A stretch of 56,325 bases of DNA. Origin: Planctomycetota bacterium. Its GTDB lineage: Bacteria > Planctomycetota > Phycisphaerae > FEN-1346. The position numbers and the translations under genes were made by a program. Of the stretch, positions 36,893 to 45,554 are shown in pieces. Every line of letters starts with the position of its first letter. Positions within the stretch are counted from its first letter, which is position 1. The stretch is from the NCBI GenBank assembly GCA_026387035.1, contig JAPLMM010000004.1, positions 1 to 56,325 on the forward strand. The letters run 5' to 3'. The notes under the pieces are model-generated. The model had not been told where the DNA came from. It was given only the letters and a program-made list of their open reading frames with translations, and ran no database searches.

Positions 36893-37834
36893 ATGGAAGA
36901 AACGAGGCGAGAGACGGTGACGGAAGCAGCGAACACCGCGCTGCCAAAACGCAAGCGGATGCGGAAGTGGATGCTGCTTGCCGGTGTAGTCGTGACTGTC
37001 TTTGCGCCGGTTGTTGTATTGTTCGCTACTGGAACGCTGCACCTCCACTTCCGCATTGGGCGCCTGTCGAGCCAAGGTTTTCTTCGCATGGGTGAGCGCG
37101 AGTATGCCAAGGGAGGTTATCAGGAGGCTGAGAATTGCTTCAGGGGCGCACTCGATCGCGCGATCGAACTGGACAGCGACGAGGACTGCATTGCTGCATT
37201 CCTTGCGCTTGCCTCAGCGCATGAGGCTCAAGGAGAGGATGTGGAAGCCGAGGCGAACCTGCGGGCGGCCCTCGTCACATCGGAGCAAACAAAAGGCGAA
37301 GACCGTCTGAATACCGCCGATGTCATAGGCCGGCTGGCGTGGATGATGGCCAGGAAAAGAAACTACGCGGAAGCGCGGGCGCTCTACCGGCGCGCTTTGG
37401 ACATGTGCCGTGAAGCCCTCCCGCCGGGCGACATGCGCCTGGTGGCTACGACCAGCAATCTGGGCATGGTGGCCTCGCTGGAGGGCGACCATACGACCGC
37501 CCAAGGGTTGTTCGAAGAAGCAATAAGCATGGCTGACAAGGCCGGGAGGTCGGAGGATCCCGGCCTTATCAACGTGTGGGACAATAGAGCAACTTCGTAC
37601 TCCAAGCAGGGCAGGTGGACGGAGGCTGAGCAATGCCTCGCGCGGGCAATCGGGATTGCGGAATCCAATCTCGGCACCCACGCCTTGGACCTCGTGCCGC
37701 TACTTGAAGAATATGCACATGTTCTGGACGTCCAGGGACGAAAAGGTGAAGCGAGCCGCGCCAATCTGCGCGCGCGTGGTATCCTGGCGAGGCACCGAGA
37801 CGAATCGGGCAGGCCTTCTCCTGAAACGCCGTAG
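36893..37834 (+). CDS. TM-anchored TPR-repeat protein (candidate immunity for orphan 1)
   Basis: ATG at 36893 and TM LLAGVVVTVFAPVVVLFATG. Then TPR_12-like repeats follow (AEARALYRRALDMCREAL, AQGLFEEAISMADKAG, AEQCLARAIGIAESNLG). Confidence 0.55.
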   Translation: MEETRRETVTEAANTALPKRKRMRKWMLLAGVVVTVFAPVVVLFATGTLHLHFRIGRLSSQGFLRMGEREYAKGGYQEAENCFRGALDRAIELDSDEDCIAAFLALASAHEAQGEDVEAEANLRAALVTSEQTKGEDRLNTADVIGRLAWMMARKRNYAEARALYRRALDMCREALPPGDMRLVATTSNLGMVASLEGDHTTAQGLFEEAISMADKAGRSEDPGLINVWDNRATSYSKQGRWTEAEQCLARAIGIAESNLGTHALDLVPLLEEYAHVLDVQGRKGEASRANLRARGILARHRDESGRPSPETP

Positions 37835-37920
37835 CGATAGTCAGTGCCTTGTCCCCATGAGGTGTAGTTGATCTGACCAGGACGCACCGGCTGACACAGT
37901 GCAAGTGCGGGAGAGGAAAG

Positions 37921-38367
37921 ATGGCTGTCCCCGTCGCGGAAGGCGAGCGCCCACCGCCGGATGAACGCGTTCTAGAGGAGTTCGCGCGACGGCGCAGACG
38001 CCTCATTTGGATGTTTGCCATCGGAGTCGCTTATATGTCTGCAGGCTGGGTTCTTATTCTGGTTCTCCAACTTGAAAGTGGGAAGGACCTCTTGGGTCTG
38101 GTTATAGCCTTCGGGGCGGGGTGGCTTGTATTCATTGCCCTTGCAGGCGTTTTCCATGTAAGGAACTGGCGGTGTCCGGCGTGCGACAAGTTTCTGGGGG
38201 AGATGGTGGCCCCGACCTATTGCGGGTGGTGTGGGGTGAAAATCCCTGAGGAGCGGCGTTATCGGTGGTGGTGTGAGTCCTGCGACGAACTGACGCGCCG
38301 TAGCCGGAGTCTGCGGTTTTGCCCCAGATGTGGCGTCCAGTTGCAGCGCATCAGCGATGAAGCGTAG
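37921..38367 (+). CDS. Membrane protein with two zinc-ribbon motifs
   Basis: SD GGGAGAGGAAAG. Two TM helices, then CPACD...CGWCG and CESCD...CPRCG. Confidence 0.5.
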   Translation: MAVPVAEGERPPPDERVLEEFARRRRRLIWMFAIGVAYMSAGWVLILVLQLESGKDLLGLVIAFGAGWLVFIALAGVFHVRNWRCPACDKFLGEMVAPTYCGWCGVKIPEERRYRWWCESCDELTRRSRSLRFCPRCGVQLQRISDEA

Positions 38368-38392
38368 ACCGTGTGGCGGAGCGGGGGAAACC

Positions 38393-39835
38393 GTGATCGC
38401 GCGGTACGAGTACGACGCCCTGAATCGTCGGGCGAAGGTGTTCATTAACACGGACACCGACGATGATTTTGATGAGTTCCGCCACTTCTATTACAACGCA
38501 GGCTGGCAGATCCTGGAGACGCGCCTCTCGACGAGCGAAAACACCGAACCGCAAACCCTCCAACCGGAATACCAGTACGTCTGGTCCCTGCGCTACATGG
38601 ATGCCCCGGTGCTGCGCGACAAGAACACCGACTCGGACGACCTGTGCGATGATGAGCGGCTCTATTACGCGAATGACGCGAATATGAACGTGACCGCGCT
38701 ACTCGCCACGGACGGCACGCCTTTGGAGCGCTACGTCTATGACCCGTACGGCAAAATGACCATTTACGACGACGACTGGTCCGAGACGCGCGGCACCTCC
38801 TCCTACGACAACAACATCCTCTTCTGCGGTTACTACCGTGACAACGAGACCGGCCTTTACCACGTCCGCAATCGCTACTATCATCCCTACTTCGGCTGGA
38901 TCACCCGCGACCCGGCGGGCTATGCCGATGGGATGAGTTTGTATGAGTATTGCCGAAGCCGCGCCACGATCGCTTTAGATCCGCTGGGCCTCGTGGACGT
39001 AGGCACCACCGCGACGGTTGTGATCGCCGCCAACCCTGAGGCTGCCGTGGTAGTCGGTATTGTGGGGACAGGAGTTATCCTGACCGAGGCCGCCATCCTG
39101 CAAGCGCATAGGACATCATCTTCTGTAGCGGAGCAGGCGGCATTGAGAGATATACATATAGGTCTCATGGCCGCCAAGGCGGACAAGGTTGCAATTACTG
39201 CGCGCACCTTGCCTTTGTATGTTTCGGCGGGAACGCTCGCGATTGCCCAGCATGCGCTGGCACGGATGATGGACACGCCCAGGCAGATCGGAAACATCGG
39301 ACATGGCGGAGAGTGGCAGTACTCGCCTGGGAGGCCCGACCCCAGCGGGAGTCCAGATATGCCGCCGGGGGCTTTAAAGGCCGCATCAACGATCGCGAAG
39401 GTTGTCGTTGGGGGTGGTCTGGTTTCTTGGGGCATAAACGAACTTATAGGCAACGACCCCGAGCAACCGGCCGACACCTACAAGGATTATGCGAGAGAGG
39501 AGAAATACGACTATGAAAAGAAGTACGAATACAACTATAGTTGGCGCCACTGGCCTGATGACGATGGACCAGGTGATGTGGTGCGCGGCGGCAAGACGGC
39601 CCAGGAGCGCCAAGCCCGTCAGCGAGAGGAGGAGTTGAGAAGGCGGCGAGAGGGCCCCCCGCAAGAAGGACTGCCACCAAAAGGACCTGCACAAGATGAC
39701 GGCAGTTCAAATCTGCCCTGGAAGCAACAGGGTGCGGGAAACCCGCCACCGGCGGAGGTTGAAACACCAGTGGGGCCGGAGGTGCCAGCAAGCACCGCGA
39801 AAGAATGCCCGGAAAACAACCCGTACTACGAGTAG
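38393..39835 (+). CDS. Orphan Rhs C-terminal cassette 2 (core-end homology plus unrelated toxin tip)
   Basis: The same homology block starts at gcgggggaaaccgtgatcgcgcgg (38381). GTG 38393 is equivalent to the orphan 1 start. It is unique after DPLGL, with hydrophobic segments and a charged Tyr/Glu/Lys-rich tail. The ORF-track start 38330 overlaps the previous gene. Confidence 0.75.
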   Translation: MIARYEYDALNRRAKVFINTDTDDDFDEFRHFYYNAGWQILETRLSTSENTEPQTLQPEYQYVWSLRYMDAPVLRDKNTDSDDLCDDERLYYANDANMNVTALLATDGTPLERYVYDPYGKMTIYDDDWSETRGTSSYDNNILFCGYYRDNETGLYHVRNRYYHPYFGWITRDPAGYADGMSLYEYCRSRATIALDPLGLVDVGTTATVVIAANPEAAVVVGIVGTGVILTEAAILQAHRTSSSVAEQAALRDIHIGLMAAKADKVAITARTLPLYVSAGTLAIAQHALARMMDTPRQIGNIGHGGEWQYSPGRPDPSGSPDMPPGALKAASTIAKVVVGGGLVSWGINELIGNDPEQPADTYKDYAREEKYDYEKKYEYNYSWRHWPDDDGPGDVVRGGKTAQERQARQREEELRRRREGPPQEGLPPKGPAQDDGSSNLPWKQQGAGNPPPAEVETPVGPEVPASTAKECPENNPYYE

Positions 39836-40058
39836 GGGTACGAATTCCCGACGCCTCGATATTAACTGGGCAAATGAAATGCAGCGCATGCAAGCAAAGT
39901 GTGCGGCAAAGGACGTGAGACGACAAGCGGAAGCGTAAAGAGAAGCGAAGCAATGGCTAAAGAAAATGAATGGTGGTGGTGGTGGAGCGGCGGGGTTGGT
40001 GCAGAATACGGAAAAGACGAAACCACCGTCCAGGTGAAGTCAGACCCAAAAGAGGACC

Positions 40059-40934
40059 ATGTTAGGCAAGAGGATCGGTTCCATGCTTGACCGCATGTGG
40101 TGGTACGTGCGTCTGGGCATAGCTACTGTTTGCCAACGACTCTTTCACCTGGATCAAGGCGGGGCTATTCGCGACCTAGCTTTTGAAGCAGGCTGGTCCC
40201 GTCGTCACAAAAACTTTCTCCGAACGATCGGGATGGTTTCAAACCTGGATCAGTGGGATGCCAGAACCGTCGCTAAGGCAGCTATGTTCTATCATGCAGC
40301 CAAAGAGAAGGCGCAAGCCCAGAGGCTCTTTGCTGTCGCTATGGAGAAAGCGCATGACGATTTTATCGTGCTGGCCTGCTACGGGAAATACCTTAAAGAA
40401 TCCGGTCGGGCACGAGAGGCTGTTGCCCAACTTCAACAAGCGGTTCAGGAGAGGCCGGATGATGTCACCACGGTGTGTTGGCTTGGGGATACATACTTTG
40501 ACCTCGGAGATTTAGGAAAGGCGCAGGAGTGCTACGAGAAGTGCCTAAAGTTGCAGGCCGATTGGGGGGCGGCCTACGTAGGCCTTGCCAATGTCGCGAT
40601 GCACCAGGAGGACTGGAAAGAGGCCGCGCGCTTGTGGCGCGAGGCGATCAAGCGCATGCCCCAGGAGGCGTACTTGTGGCGAGGTCTTGGACAAGCGCTC
40701 TTTGAACTAGGTGACCTGAAGGGGGCGATCAGTGCGTACGACATGTGCATAAGGAGTGGAGACCCCCAAGAGAACTCCTGGGCCTTCGGAGGTCTGGCAG
40801 AGTGTTATCTTGCGCGGGGTGATTTTCGCCGAGCCGCCAAATCCTGCAAGCAGGCGCTCCGATGGAAACCAGGACACCAGCCCCTATTGGACCTGATGCA
40901 GGAGATTGAGCAAGCCGCAACTGCACATTGTTAA
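40059..40934 (+). CDS. TPR-repeat protein (candidate immunity for orphan 2)
   Basis: SD AAGAGGA. Multiple TPR units (GDLGKAQECYEKCLKLQADWGAAYVGLANVAM..., EAYLWRGLGQALFELGDLKGAISAYDMCI...). Confidence 0.55.
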   Translation: MLGKRIGSMLDRMWWYVRLGIATVCQRLFHLDQGGAIRDLAFEAGWSRRHKNFLRTIGMVSNLDQWDARTVAKAAMFYHAAKEKAQAQRLFAVAMEKAHDDFIVLACYGKYLKESGRAREAVAQLQQAVQERPDDVTTVCWLGDTYFDLGDLGKAQECYEKCLKLQADWGAAYVGLANVAMHQEDWKEAARLWREAIKRMPQEAYLWRGLGQALFELGDLKGAISAYDMCIRSGDPQENSWAFGGLAECYLARGDFRRAAKSCKQALRWKPGHQPLLDLMQEIEQAATAHC

Positions 40935-41123
40935 CATTGATCGGGAATTCGGGGGACGCAGTACCTGATTCTGGCGGAGATTTTCGGCTGAAGGCAGGCG
41001 GCGGAGTTTCGCAGCAAAACGAGGAGTCGCAGCGTGGTCGCCAGGGCCGTGAAGTCGCTCCTCCGTATCGGGAATTCACGAAAAATAGGTATCCTGGCCC
41101 CCGAATATCCACGATGAGCGACT

Positions 41124-41972
41124 CTACTTCGCCATCGACGCCGACTTGAATTGCCCCCGGATGCTCACGATTCGGGCGAGACAGTGTGCCACCATCGCGT
41201 TCAGGATGTCCTCCACCCGCGCCTTGTCCAGAAAACGAATGCCTGCTTCCGTTATCCCTCCCGGGGTTGCTACGTTCTCTATGAGCCGCTCGAGATTCGC
41301 GGTTCCTCCTTCGGTCCCCCTGGCCAGCCCCGAGAGCGTAGCAGCCACTATTTGCCTGGCAATGGAGGGCGGAATGCCAAACCGGCCGCAGAGTTTCGCC
41401 CACGTAAGTCCCAGGTGTGCCCAGAAAGCGGGGCCGCAGCCGGCAAATACGGCACAGGCGTCGATCTGCTTCTCCGGTACGCAGACGACCGGACCAAGAC
41501 CGCGAAAGAGATTTGTCACCTGCCGAAGGCTTGCAGCGGGGCTTCCTCTCGGGTGAGCGAGGAAGGAAATGCCTGCCGCTCCGGTCGTCAGTTGGGATGG
41601 GGGATGCACGTGGAACAAGCCGCCGCACCGGGGCAGCCTTTTTTTCAGCCACGAAAGCGGGACTCCCACGGCCACGGACACCACCGTGTGTCTGGGCAGG
41701 ATGGAGTCTGCCATTTTTTCGAGCAGGCTAGATATTTGTTGGGGCCTCACGCACAGGAGGACCACGTTTGATCTGGCCACGGCGGCTCTGTTGTCCGTGA
41801 CTACAGTGATGCCGAGCGCGCGGCGAATCCGTCGTGCCCTGCGAAGGTCGTGGTGCGTTCCAATGATCTGTTTCTTCCTCAGGATTCCGCGCGACAGAAA
41901 CGCCTGGACCAGCGCTGAACCTATTCTGCCAACGCCGAGAACGGACACGGTTCCTGTCCGTGTGATGCCCAC
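41124..41972 (-). CDS. Pyrroline-5-carboxylate reductase-like NAD(P)-dependent oxidoreductase
   Basis: GTG at 41972 lies 1 nt after the upstream stop. Rossmann motif VSVLGVGRIGSAL. The C-terminal motif VATPGGITEAGIRFL is typical of ProC. Confidence 0.65.
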   Translation of the reverse strand: MGITRTGTVSVLGVGRIGSALVQAFLSRGILRKKQIIGTHHDLRRARRIRRALGITVVTDNRAAVARSNVVLLCVRPQQISSLLEKMADSILPRHTVVSVAVGVPLSWLKKRLPRCGGLFHVHPPSQLTTGAAGISFLAHPRGSPAASLRQVTNLFRGLGPVVCVPEKQIDACAVFAGCGPAFWAHLGLTWAKLCGRFGIPPSIARQIVAATLSGLARGTEGGTANLERLIENVATPGGITEAGIRFLDKARVEDILNAMVAHCLARIVSIRGQFKSASMAK

Positions 41973-41973
41973 C

Positions 41974-43236
41974 TCACGCCTCCTGCCCGTGCCACAGGCT
42001 CTTCGTCCCTTCCCGCTTGCGGATGAGCCTGAATGCCTTGCCGTCGACCAGGACTTCCGCAGGCCGTAGCCGACCACAGAAATGCGAGCTCATTGAGAAC
42101 CCGTAAGCGCCGACGTCGCGGAAAACGACGAGATCGCCTTCGCGGGGCGCCGGGGCCGAGGGGATGGGCTCTGACAGGATGTCTCCGGCTGCCACCGTGT
42201 TGCCGCAGACCACCAGCCGACAGCGTTTTCCTCGGGTTCGTTTCCTGTAAATCACCGTGGTGCGATGGAACTGGCCGTAGACGTACGGTCGCGCGAAGTT
42301 GCTGAGGCCCGTGTCGCACCCGACGAACACCGTGCCGCTTCTTCTCTTGACGTCCACGACCCTGGCAACCAGAACGGCTGCGTCGCCGGTCACGCAACGC
42401 CCTGGCTCGAGTTTCAGTTCCACGGGCGCCTGCTTCTTGAGGGAAAGCGTGTGCAGGCGAGGAGAGACCTGCATCTCCAGCGCACGCCAGTCAAAGGGGC
42501 GCTCGGACTCCCTGTAGGGGATGCCGAAGCCGCCGCCAAGATCGACGTACCGGAGGTCGGGAATCTCCCGTGCCGCCGCTATGAGTTCGTCCAGTTCTCG
42601 AAGAAAATGTCCCGGGTCCAGGATGTTGGTGCCGCTGTACATCTGCAGACCGACGAGTCGCGCGCCGCTGCGCTCCGCGAGCCGTCGGGCCCTGGGGAGA
42701 TCGGCTTTGTCCACGCCCAGCCTGGAGTTGCGGCCGGCGGCCACGTTGATGGCCCCCCTGGGCGACTTCATCTCCGAATTCAGCCTGATCCCGACCTCCC
42801 TAAGCCCGCCGATCCGGATGAACTTTTCCAGTTGCCCGAGGGAGTCCGCGTTGACCGCACAGCGGGCCCGGGCGATCTTTTTGATTTCCGGTTCGGTGAA
42901 GTTGCATCCGGTCACGACGATTTCTGCCGCACTGAATCCCGCGCGCAGGGCCAGCGCGAGTTCGCCGGGCGAGGAGGCGTGCACTCCGGCTCCGCAGCCG
43001 CGCACCAGACGGAGCAGGGCCAGGTTGGCGTTGCTCATCACCGCGAAGTGTATCCGAAGGGGACGGTACCGGATCGTGTTGCGGATCCGCGCAAGTTTCC
43101 CGCGGATCCTGGCCGCATCGTAAACGTACAGCGGCGTGCCGAAACGGTCGGCAATCTCGAGTAGGCGCGTCTTTCCGACCATTGCCGGTTCGCCCCAAGC
43201 CGAAATGCTGGCACGGTTTCTGCTGACCGAAACCAC
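41974..43236 (-). CDS. Orn/DAP/Arg decarboxylase-fold (alanine racemase-like) protein with Met in place of the PLP lysine
   Basis: FGTPLYVYD, IHFAVMSNANLALLRLV (expected ..A.KAN..), GGGFGIPY and VVCGNTVAAGD. An alternative start is M19 (43182). Confidence 0.7.
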   Translation of the reverse strand: MVSVSRNRASISAWGEPAMVGKTRLLEIADRFGTPLYVYDAARIRGKLARIRNTIRYRPLRIHFAVMSNANLALLRLVRGCGAGVHASSPGELALALRAGFSAAEIVVTGCNFTEPEIKKIARARCAVNADSLGQLEKFIRIGGLREVGIRLNSEMKSPRGAINVAAGRNSRLGVDKADLPRARRLAERSGARLVGLQMYSGTNILDPGHFLRELDELIAAAREIPDLRYVDLGGGFGIPYRESERPFDWRALEMQVSPRLHTLSLKKQAPVELKLEPGRCVTGDAAVLVARVVDVKRRSGTVFVGCDTGLSNFARPYVYGQFHRTTVIYRKRTRGKRCRLVVCGNTVAAGDILSEPIPSAPAPREGDLVVFRDVGAYGFSMSSHFCGRLRPAEVLVDGKAFRLIRKREGTKSLWHGQEA

Positions 43237-43424
43237 CTTGTTCGAAAGCCCGTAGCGTTCCTGCAGCGACTACAGAGGAGCCTCTTGTATGCTAGGCCCG
43301 GCGGTTCCTCGATGCCAGGAAATTTGTGCTTGCGCCAAGGGGCCTTTCTGGCGTACACCACAGCCGAAGCGATGCGGGCGAACCACCATGCGCCTATTAA
43401 ATCCTTGCGCCACCAATATCAAAC

Positions 43425-44084
43425 ATGTGGGTCGCCACGTTGAAGATAAGGCACGACTGCATCATGGGAAACCGCTGCAGGCAGTTCAGGACGATGAGCG
43501 TAGGAATGCCGTTCAGCGTTTACACGGAACGCGGCATCACCTACGCGCCGCAGATTCACACCCTGTATGGCAGGCCGGACGACGTCAGGTCATTCATAAA
43601 CAGCCTCGCCAGAGACCCGAGGGTCAGGCACATGGAGTCTGACGGCGACACCGTGTTCCTCACGGAAGTGAGGAAAGACAGGATACCCTCCACGTTCTAC
43701 AATCCCAGGCTCATCATGGTCAGGCCTGTGGAAGTGGACCTGGACGGCTATGAATACTGGCGGCTGGCCAGTTGGGACAGGGGAGCGATCAACGCATTTA
43801 TCCTGGCGCAAAAGCGCAACAGGAACATCGAAGAAGTGAGCGTCTTGAGTCTGAGAAAAGCGCAGGTGCGGGACGTGTACGTCATGCACCTGTTTCCGGA
43901 ACTCACCGGCCAACAGAAGAGGGCGATTGAGCTTGCTCTGGAGCACGGCTATTACTCGTGGCCCAAGAGGACAGACCTGAAGAAGCTTGCGAAGGCGATG
44001 GGCGTATCCGTACAGACCTACAGGGAGCACCTGAAGAGGGCTGAAGGGAAGCTGATGCCCGAGTTCGCGAAGGCTATTAAATAG
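43425..44084 (+). CDS. HTH_10 (bacterio-opsin-activator-type) DNA-binding protein
   Basis: The C-terminus LTGQQKRAIELALEHGYYSWPKRTDLKKLAKAMGVSVQTYREHLKRAEGKLM is the HTH_10 signature. No SD is present. Confidence 0.7.
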   Translation: MWVATLKIRHDCIMGNRCRQFRTMSVGMPFSVYTERGITYAPQIHTLYGRPDDVRSFINSLARDPRVRHMESDGDTVFLTEVRKDRIPSTFYNPRLIMVRPVEVDLDGYEYWRLASWDRGAINAFILAQKRNRNIEEVSVLSLRKAQVRDVYVMHLFPELTGQQKRAIELALEHGYYSWPKRTDLKKLAKAMGVSVQTYREHLKRAEGKLMPEFAKAIK

Positions 44085-44087
44085 AGT

Positions 44088-44103
44088 GCCTTACATGTAA
44101 GGC
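44088..44103. other. Perfect 16-bp palindrome GCCTTACATGTAAGGC, 4 nt after the HTH_10 stop
   Basis: Read directly from the sequence. It could be a hairpin terminator or a dimer-binding site. Confidence 0.5.
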
Positions 44104-44399
44104 CCAAAGGTCAAGCAACGTGGCTCCGTACTTCAATTGATTGATTGGTGTGGATACTCGCGGCCGGAGCGGTTCCTGTCTGCAGCAGAAAGCCCACCAG
44201 GGGTGGTCGGTTAAGGACAGGGCCAGAGCCATGCACGCCGAGGCACAACGCCGAGAGCAGATTAGAGATTGAAGGCAACAGTGCGCACGGCGCGGCAAGC
44301 GACCCGAAGTTCAGGGTGTCGCCATGGTTGGGCCTGCATCTGCAGACAGGAGCGAGAATGACCGCAATCGGGCGGTTGAGTCGCGGCAAAGTCAGTGCG

Positions 44400-45440
44400 T
44401 CACTTGTCGGCCCTTAGCAGTCGTACGTTCCCCTTCACCCGTGCTCGCTCACAGGTCAGCAGACCAAGCCGAACGAGCTGGTTGACGTAGGCAGAGAACG
44501 TTCGTGGAGCAATGGGTTTGCGGTTCGCCTGGCTGCAACGGTCCAGGTAGGTCTCCCAGAGGGCGGTGCAGAGCACTTCCTTTTGCTGGCGCGCGATCTG
44601 GCAGAGCATCCTGTGATCCTCGGTCAGGTTGGCGAGCATCTGGCCGGACCTGGTTGCGTGGGCATCGTTCCAGCCGGCGGAGACATCGGACGGCATGATG
44701 GCCTCGTGTCCCGCCTGCTGGGCCGCCTCTGCCGCGTTCCTAAGCGTTTGAATCGCCACGCGGGCATCACCGTTGCTTACGGCCGCGATGCGTTTTGTGA
44801 GGTGAGCCGGGCACGCGTTCTGAGCGAGTGCCAGTTCCGCCCTTCGTGTGAGCATCTCGACGGCCTCTCCCGCTGAATAGGGTTCGAAACTGACCGTCCG
44901 GGGGTTGATCCTCGATACGATCCGTTTTTCCAACTCGCAGAGGGCGCCGAGGGTGTTGGATATGCAGATCAGGCCAGTGTTGCCGATGGCGTCCAGGCTG
45001 TACAGAACCCTGGCCCGCTCGCAGGGCGCGATCCTGTCTATCTCGTCCAGCAGGATGATCATACAGCGGTTGCCCAGGTGACGCTGCAACCTCTCCATCT
45101 TCACGCTGGACCGGTGTTCTTCGGCGCGGAAGATCTTCAACTCCGTGACGATCTGGTCCAGAATCTCGTACAGGGTGTCCCTGACCCAGCAGTTGACCAC
45201 CAGGCAGGGCACTGCGGTCTCTCGCTGAATCCGGGCCAGCACCGCCCTTGCGGTGGCTGTCTTGCCCGATCCCGGAACTCCATGCAGCCAGAGGTGGACC
45301 GGCTTTCGGCCGCTCCGCAGGGGCTCGAGGCGTGCCTCGATGAGCCTTGCCTGCGTGTCGCGAGCAATCAGGTCGGCCGGGACGAAGTCTTCACGAAGCG
45401 GAGCGTCATCTAGGATGATGCGCGTGGGGTGGTCGTTCAC
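44400..45440 (-). CDS. Orc1/Cdc6-family AAA+ ATPase with C-terminal winged helix
   Basis: Walker A GVPGSGKTATA, Walker B IILLDEID, sensor-1 LICISN, and sensor-2 NGDARVAIQTLRNA. The C-terminal wH reads FSAYVNQLVRLGLL. GTG start with no SD; TTTATAAA lies 22-29 nt upstream. Confidence 0.85.
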   Translation of the reverse strand: MNDHPTRIILDDAPLREDFVPADLIARDTQARLIEARLEPLRSGRKPVHLWLHGVPGSGKTATARAVLARIQRETAVPCLVVNCWVRDTLYEILDQIVTELKIFRAEEHRSSVKMERLQRHLGNRCMIILLDEIDRIAPCERARVLYSLDAIGNTGLICISNTLGALCELEKRIVSRINPRTVSFEPYSAGEAVEMLTRRAELALAQNACPAHLTKRIAAVSNGDARVAIQTLRNAAEAAQQAGHEAIMPSDVSAGWNDAHATRSGQMLANLTEDHRMLCQIARQQKEVLCTALWETYLDRCSQANRKPIAPRTFSAYVNQLVRLGLLTCERARVKGNVRLLRADK

Positions 45441-45554
45441 AATGACGATATGAAGCTAAACTTTATAAATGTGTCCGTTGTGGGGCGCGGAGCATGCTGG
45501 TGACGGATCAAGCGGGGCTGTGTGGAAAGTCACCATGCGGCACGAGATGAGAAC

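Noticed and set aside
39953-40090. Small ORF MAKENEWWWWWSGG... containing a (TGG)5 microsatellite (about 39968-39985)
   Set aside because: It has no SD, overlaps the better-supported TPR gene start at 40059, and is probably intergenic sequence. The trinucleotide run is noted only as a possible slippage site.
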